Shown: piece by piece, positions 16,111 through 20,000 of the stretch
Layout: the number at the start of each line of letters is the position of its first letter
Position numbering within the stretch: position 1 is the stretch's first letter
DNA from: an uncultured virus (IMG/VR IMGVR_UViG_3300032304_000757)
Lineage: Duplodnaviria; Heunggongvirae; Uroviricota; Caudoviricetes
DNA: 20,000 nt
IMG/VR virus record: IMGVR_UViG_3300032304_000757
Strand: one strand, 5' to 3'
Program-made: the position numbers and the translations under genes
Notes under the pieces: model-generated
Told to the model about the DNA's origin: nothing
What the model saw: the letters and a program-made list of their open reading frames with translations, nothing else
Databases searched by the model: none

Positions 16111-16113
16111 ATA
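16108..16113 (+). promoter_or_regulatory. TAAATA late-promoter-like box overlapping a stop codon
   Basis: caaTAAATAcc ~21 nt before ATG 16135, with GGAGA Shine-Dalgarno between. Confidence 0.5.
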
Positions 16114-16134
16114 CCTATACGGTGGAGATAAAAG

Positions 16135-16725
16135 ATGCCAACAATAAGTAATATTAACGCAACAGCAATTGACGAATCATATCCAGTTGCTGGAGTAGAC
16201 AACGATACCCAAGGATTCAGAGATAACTTCTCTTACATTAAAACTGCGTTAAGTACTGCTAAAACAGAAGTTGAAGGGTTACTTAACAACACAGCAAAGA
16301 TTGACACAGATAATAACTTTAATGAAAAGTTTTTATCAAACGCAGTGTTCAAACAAAATCAAGATAGTTTAAACAACTACGGTACTGGATCCGGAATTAA
16401 TAATAGAATTACAATTAATTTTGGTAATGCCGATTATCAAGTATATCGATTAAATGACGATGTCACATTTGAATTTGAAGGCTTTTCAAATAACAATGTT
16501 AACAAAGTTACAATCGAACTACTATCAGACGGTGGCACATATAATACAGCATTTTTTACTGACGGTGCGTATCCGATTAAGAAAAGCAGTAATTTTCCAA
16601 CATCACTGACAGTTTCTAGCACTGCTAATCCAATTTTGATTGAAGTTATTACTAGATCAAAAAGCCAAGACCCGGGCTTACTGGGAAGAATTATTTTCCT
16701 AAACTATCTAGGATCATTCGCATAA
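16135..16725 (+). CDS. Hypothetical phage structural protein (196 aa)
   Basis: Good Shine-Dalgarno; YPVAGVDNDTQGFRDNFSYIK followed by a short coiled coil, loosely reminiscent of the N-termini of neighbouring fibre proteins. Confidence 0.65.
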   Translation: MPTISNINATAIDESYPVAGVDNDTQGFRDNFSYIKTALSTAKTEVEGLLNNTAKIDTDNNFNEKFLSNAVFKQNQDSLNNYGTGSGINNRITINFGNADYQVYRLNDDVTFEFEGFSNNNVNKVTIELLSDGGTYNTAFFTDGAYPIKKSSNFPTSLTVSSTANPILIEVITRSKSQDPGLLGRIIFLNYLGSFA

Positions 16726-16967
16726 TGTTTCACCCACTCGAAGGAGATCTTAGCCAATTAAAGGACTCTGAAGTAGAGGCCAAGCTAGTTGAATTGACTA
16801 GAAAATACTATCAAGCATCAAGATTAGGTAACCCTGATCTCTTGACACAGATATCAACTTTTGTTACAATATATAGAGATGAGTTGCGAAAAAGACAAGC
16901 AAAACTAATGTCGTCTACTAATAATGTAACTAATGAGGATTTGGGTCAGTTGATCAATGTTGACTAA
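16725..16967 (+). CDS. Hypothetical protein (80 aa, helical)
   Basis: TAATG stop-start coupling with the upstream gene; fills the gap to the next gene. Confidence 0.75.
   Translation: MFHPLEGDLSQLKDSEVEAKLVELTRKYYQASRLGNPDLLTQISTFVTIYRDELRKRQAKLMSSTNNVTNEDLGQLINVD
16842..16870 (+). promoter_or_regulatory. Sigma70-type promoter inside the 80-aa gene
   Basis: TTGACA (16842-16847), 17-nt spacer, TACAAT (16865-16870), with extended -10 TG at 16862-16863; ~85 nt upstream of the DnaE-fragment ATG. Confidence 0.7.
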
Positions 16968-17430
16968 TACAGAAAATAATCTAATACAAGGTATATTAAA
17001 ATACGGTCCAGATATTTTGGAGGACTGCCTTGTGGAAAAAACAAATCCAAATATTGAAAATTATTTGGAAAGAATAGCAGTAGAGAAACTGTTATATCCT
17101 CAACCAATGCTGTCAGAACCTGTTGGCAGGAATTGGTTTATACCTAAAGAATACCAAAACTTAGATATTGAAGAATATTTAATTACTCAATGTCCGAAAG
17201 AAAATTATCAAAGAGTAATTGATGAAATTACTCTGTTTAACAAATACGATATGATAGATGTGCTACGAGTTATGAAATATCTAGTAGATACCCTGAGAAA
17301 AAACAACATAGTATGGGGAGTTGGGCGAGGAAGCTCCGTTTCTAGTTACTGTTTATATCTAATAGGGATACATAAAATAGATAGTATAAAGTACGATCTT
17401 CCTATATCGGACTTTTTCAAAGGAGAATAA
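16957..17430 (+). CDS. Stand-alone fragment of DNA polymerase III alpha subunit (DnaE-like, 157 aa)
   Basis: RVIDEITLF...YLVDTLRKNNIVWGVGRGSSVSSYCLYLIGIHKIDSIKYDL matches the DnaE GxGRGSxxxSxxxYxLGIxxxDPxxxxL segment. The ORF ends before the catalytic PDIDxD motif. Confidence 0.85.
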   Translation: MLTNTENNLIQGILKYGPDILEDCLVEKTNPNIENYLERIAVEKLLYPQPMLSEPVGRNWFIPKEYQNLDIEEYLITQCPKENYQRVIDEITLFNKYDMIDVLRVMKYLVDTLRKNNIVWGVGRGSSVSSYCLYLIGIHKIDSIKYDLPISDFFKGE

Positions 17431-17431
17431 C

Positions 17432-17653
17432 ATGGGAAAAACATATAGAACTATGCAGGGCAAAGAGATTGACATGGAGAAACTTGCCCTAGTAAATGAA
17501 TTAACTCCAGCTGTAGGCAACGCAAGAGTAAATGCTCGCGGCGATGAACTAGGCCCTGGCGGTAAGATTGTTAAAAAGCGTGAAGAAATTGTAGCAGAAT
17601 ACTACGAAAAAAATTCTAAGAGTGTAAAAGCAGAAACCAAAGCAAAGGAATAA
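17432..17653 (+). CDS. Hypothetical protein (73 aa)
   Basis: AAGGAGA Shine-Dalgarno; tight packing; AVGNARVNARGDELGPGG segment. Confidence 0.8.
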   Translation: MGKTYRTMQGKEIDMEKLALVNELTPAVGNARVNARGDELGPGGKIVKKREEIVAEYYEKNSKSVKAETKAKE

Positions 17654-17654
17654 T

Positions 17655-18014
17655 ATGGCTGCGTACGAACCAAAAAAAATAAAACTCAAAGCTATTCATG
17701 ATAATGTTCTAATTACTGACATGGAATTTGGAGAACAAAAAACTAGCTCAGGTATTATTTTAAAGTCCGATGACGGTAAGGTACACGGTATTAAGCCTCG
17801 GTGGGGACAGGTGTACAAAGTTGGACCCGAACAAACAGATGTTAAAGAAGGTCAATGGGTCCTTATTGAGCATGGTCGATGGACTAGGGGATTAGATATC
17901 GACGACGGTGAAGGTGTTAAAACTATCCGCAAGGTTGACATATCCTGTATGTTAGCAGTATCTGATGAGCCACCGTCATCAGATGAAATTTACATTCCGC
18001 TAGTTAATACCTAA
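17655..18014 (+). CDS. GroES/Cpn10-like co-chaperonin (119 aa)
   Basis: LKAIHDNVLI...EQKTSSGIIL mobile loop...GQVYKVGP...VKEGQWVL matches the GroES pattern. Confidence 0.85.
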   Translation: MAAYEPKKIKLKAIHDNVLITDMEFGEQKTSSGIILKSDDGKVHGIKPRWGQVYKVGPEQTDVKEGQWVLIEHGRWTRGLDIDDGEGVKTIRKVDISCMLAVSDEPPSSDEIYIPLVNT

Positions 18015-18256
18015 TGGGTTTTAGAAAAAGTTGGGACCCAGCCAACATCGCGAATCAAATTCGTTCGTTGTCTCGTGAATGTTCTAGCTTGTACAATGAC
18101 GGGTTTACATCGTTTGAATGTAAAAAAGATCTATTACTGATTAAAAAATTAGTTGACGACGCTCTAGCCGACGCCCCAAACTTTGGTGAAATGGAGGAGA
18201 GATGGTTGAAAGAACAAGAACAAAAGCGTATAATTAAAATCCTCAAGGAGAAATAA
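18014..18256 (+). CDS. Hypothetical protein (80 aa)
   Basis: TAATG coupling at both ends. Confidence 0.75.
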   Translation: MGFRKSWDPANIANQIRSLSRECSSLYNDGFTSFECKKDLLLIKKLVDDALADAPNFGEMEERWLKEQEQKRIIKILKEK

Positions 18257-18621
18257 TGTCTAACCCATTTCGCGATCAAGAAAAGTTTATGCGGGCGTGT
18301 GATCAGACCGTAGGTGAATTTAATCAAAATCAATTTAATATGTATCTTGGATTGATTGAGGAAGAAGCAAAAGAGCTAGCAGTTGCTATCAACAATCACG
18401 ATAAAATTGAAACACTCGATGCACTAATTGATATTTTAGTTGTTACCGTAGGTACTATTCATTCAATGGGAGCAGATGCTGAGGGTGCTTGGAAAGAAGT
18501 TATGTCAACTAACTTTGCCAAGATTGACAAAGACACTGGCAAGGTACGCAAACGTGAGGATGGCAAGGTCCTTAAACCTCTGGGCTGGGTAGCTCCAAAT
18601 CTAAAACCATTTGTTAAATAA
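18256..18621 (+). CDS. MazG-like/PRA-PH-like all-alpha NTP pyrophosphohydrolase (121 aa)
   Basis: LIEEEAKEL...ETLDALIDILVV acidic metal-binding motifs; EVMSTNFAK...REDGKVLKP C-terminus. Confidence 0.85.
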   Translation: MSNPFRDQEKFMRACDQTVGEFNQNQFNMYLGLIEEEAKELAVAINNHDKIETLDALIDILVVTVGTIHSMGADAEGAWKEVMSTNFAKIDKDTGKVRKREDGKVLKPLGWVAPNLKPFVK

Positions 18622-18637
18622 ATTAGCCAATACTTAG

Positions 18638-18665
18638 ATAGGGCCTTGACTGGCCCTATTTTTTT
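18638..18665 (+). terminator. Rho-independent terminator
   Basis: ATAGGGCC-ttgact-GGCCCTAT perfect 8-bp stem followed by a T-run, 16 nt after the stop at 18621. Confidence 0.85.
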
Positions 18666-18674
18666 CTGTATAAT
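18646..18674 (+). promoter_or_regulatory. Sigma70-type promoter for the clamp loader-dCMP deaminase genes
   Basis: TTGACT (18646-18651), 17-nt spacer, TATAAT (18669-18674). Confidence 0.8.
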
Positions 18675-18711
18675 AAAAATATAATTCTGAAATTAACAAA
18701 GGACTAAAAGA

Positions 18712-19629
18712 ATGAAAGAACTATGGGTAGAAAAATACCGTCCTAACACAGTAAGCGGTTATGTGTTTAGAGACGGGCATCAAAGAAAACAAGTTGAAAC
18801 TTGGATTAAAGATGTAAGCATTCCGCATCTATTACTCAGTGGTAGTGCTGGTATTGGTAAAACTACCCTAGCAAAGATTCTTATTAACGAACTAGGCATT
18901 GAAGATTACGATGTACTAGAAATTAACGCATCACGTACTAACTCTGTAGATGATGTACGTGATAAAATTACAAACTTTGTCCAAATGATTCCGTTTGGAC
19001 CTTTTAAGGTGGTATTGTTAGATGAAGCTGATTATCTTAGTCCGAATGCTCAGGCAGCGTTACGTGGGGTCATGGAGGAGTATCATGCGACTGCTCGTTT
19101 CATCCTCACCTGTAACTACCCTAATCGCATTATCCCTGCTTTACACTCACGATGTCAAGGATTTCACGTTGAGCGAACGGATATTACTGAGTTTACCGCT
19201 CGTGTTGCTACTATTCTTGTTGAAGAGAATGTTGAGTTCGATCTTGAGACGCTAGACGATTATGTTAAAGTAACTTATCCGGATCTTAGAAAATGTATTA
19301 ACTTGACTCAACAAAATGTCAACGAAGGAAAACTTCTGGCACCGAGCAAAGGCGACCAAGGCGAATCCGATTGGAAGTTTGAAATGGTTGCGTTGTTTAA
19401 AGCAGGAAAAATTTCCGATGCTCGTAAAATGCTTTGCGGAAAACTACGTGCTGAGGAAATGGAAGAAGTCTATCGTTGGTTATACGACAACTTAGAAATT
19501 TTCGGTGAAGAGGCAAAACAAGACTCTGCTATTCTTATTATCAAACAAGGGTTAGTTGATCACACATTGATTTCAGATCCAGAGATCAATCTGTCTGCTA
19601 CATTAGTTAAACTTGCTAAATTGATCTAA
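18712..19629 (+). CDS. Sliding-clamp loader AAA+ subunit (RFC small subunit/T4 gp44-like, 305 aa)
   Basis: LWVEKYRP (RFC box II), Walker A GSAGIGKT, EINAS, Walker B LLDEAD, AQAALR, and SRC arginine-finger motif. Confidence 0.95.
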   Translation: MKELWVEKYRPNTVSGYVFRDGHQRKQVETWIKDVSIPHLLLSGSAGIGKTTLAKILINELGIEDYDVLEINASRTNSVDDVRDKITNFVQMIPFGPFKVVLLDEADYLSPNAQAALRGVMEEYHATARFILTCNYPNRIIPALHSRCQGFHVERTDITEFTARVATILVEENVEFDLETLDDYVKVTYPDLRKCINLTQQNVNEGKLLAPSKGDQGESDWKFEMVALFKAGKISDARKMLCGKLRAEEMEEVYRWLYDNLEIFGEEAKQDSAILIIKQGLVDHTLISDPEINLSATLVKLAKLI

Positions 19630-20000
19630 TGAAATTTAAATTTATTCAACTGTATATGGACTGGGCTGAACGTTGTTCAAAACTTAGTCATGCTATGCGA
19701 TTACAGGTTGGTGCTGTTATTGTAAAAGATGACTCAGTTATCAGTTATGGATACAACGGCATGCCGGCCGGTTGGGATAACAACTGCGAAGATAAAGTAT
19801 TCGATCCCGGAGCAGGTGGTTGGTTGAGTCCTGATGAAATTGTAGAACGATACCCTTATGAAGAATGGCATGCGGAGGCAGAACGTAATATCAGATATGG
19901 ATTAAAAACAAAACCAGAGGTGTTACATGCGGAATCTAATGCAATCGCAAAACTAGCCAGGTCTAATAACAGTGGTGTTGGTGCTACTATGTTTATTACC
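19629..20000 (+). CDS. dCMP deaminase (ComEB/T4 cd-like), 3' end truncated by window; absent from the ORF track
   Basis: Hand translation from ATG 19629 (TAATG coupling): MKFKFIQLYMDWAERCSKLSHAMRLQVGAVIVKDDSVISYGYNGMPAGWDNNCE...VLHAESNAIAKLA...GATMFIT. VGAVIV, GYNG and HAExNAI are family motifs. Confidence 0.93.
   Translation, partial: MKFKFIQLYMDWAERCSKLSHAMRLQVGAVIVKDDSVISYGYNGMPAGWDNNCEDKVFDPGAGGWLSPDEIVERYPYEEWHAEAERNIRYGLKTKPEVLHAESNAIAKLARSNNSGVGATMFIT

Noticed and set aside
17400..17660. Frameshift or intron continuing the DnaE fragment
   Set aside because: The downstream sequence is a separate ORF with a strong Shine-Dalgarno, and no downstream ORF shows the expected PDIDxD motif.
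1491..18333. Numerous 60-124 aa antisense and alternative-frame ORFs inside large genes
   Set aside because: Shadow ORFs expected from codon bias of the real plus-strand genes; no motifs or start signals.
1..20000. Stop-codon reassignment, as in some large phages
   Set aside because: Genes are full length and tightly packed in code 11; TAG ends iscA right after its conserved C-terminus and TGA ends iscU.

Overview
AT-rich, gene-dense, almost entirely plus-strand segment of a large tailed (T4-like/jumbo-type) phage genome in the standard genetic code. From left to right it carries: an iscU-iscA Fe-S cluster assembly pair (auxiliary host-type genes); a GC-rich, structured 97-nt intergenic element; a convergent small CxxC-CxxC zinc-ribbon gene; a ~15.5 kb virion structural module; and a replication/nucleotide module. 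The structural module has a 2540-aa gp9/gp10-like fibre or baseplate protein, several smaller fibre proteins, an S8 subtilisin-like protease and an Ig-repeat protein. The replication module has a stand-alone DnaE fragment, a GroES-like protein, a MazG-like NTP pyrophosphohydrolase, an RFC/gp44 clamp loader and a dCMP deaminase truncated by the window edge. TAAATA late-promoter-like boxes mark the structural genes, and two near-consensus sigma70 promoters mark the replication genes. The most unusual signal is the 756-852 element. It carries a 14-nt exact match plus an adjacent 7-nt match to 23S rRNA helix 69 and its 3' flank (the I-CeuI site), and shorter matches to other conserved 16S/23S functional sites, all in one orientation. 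It is a candidate rRNA-antisense or rRNA-mimic phage RNA, possibly paired with the adjacent basic zinc-ribbon protein. All family calls and rRNA matches come from motif recognition by eye, not database searches.
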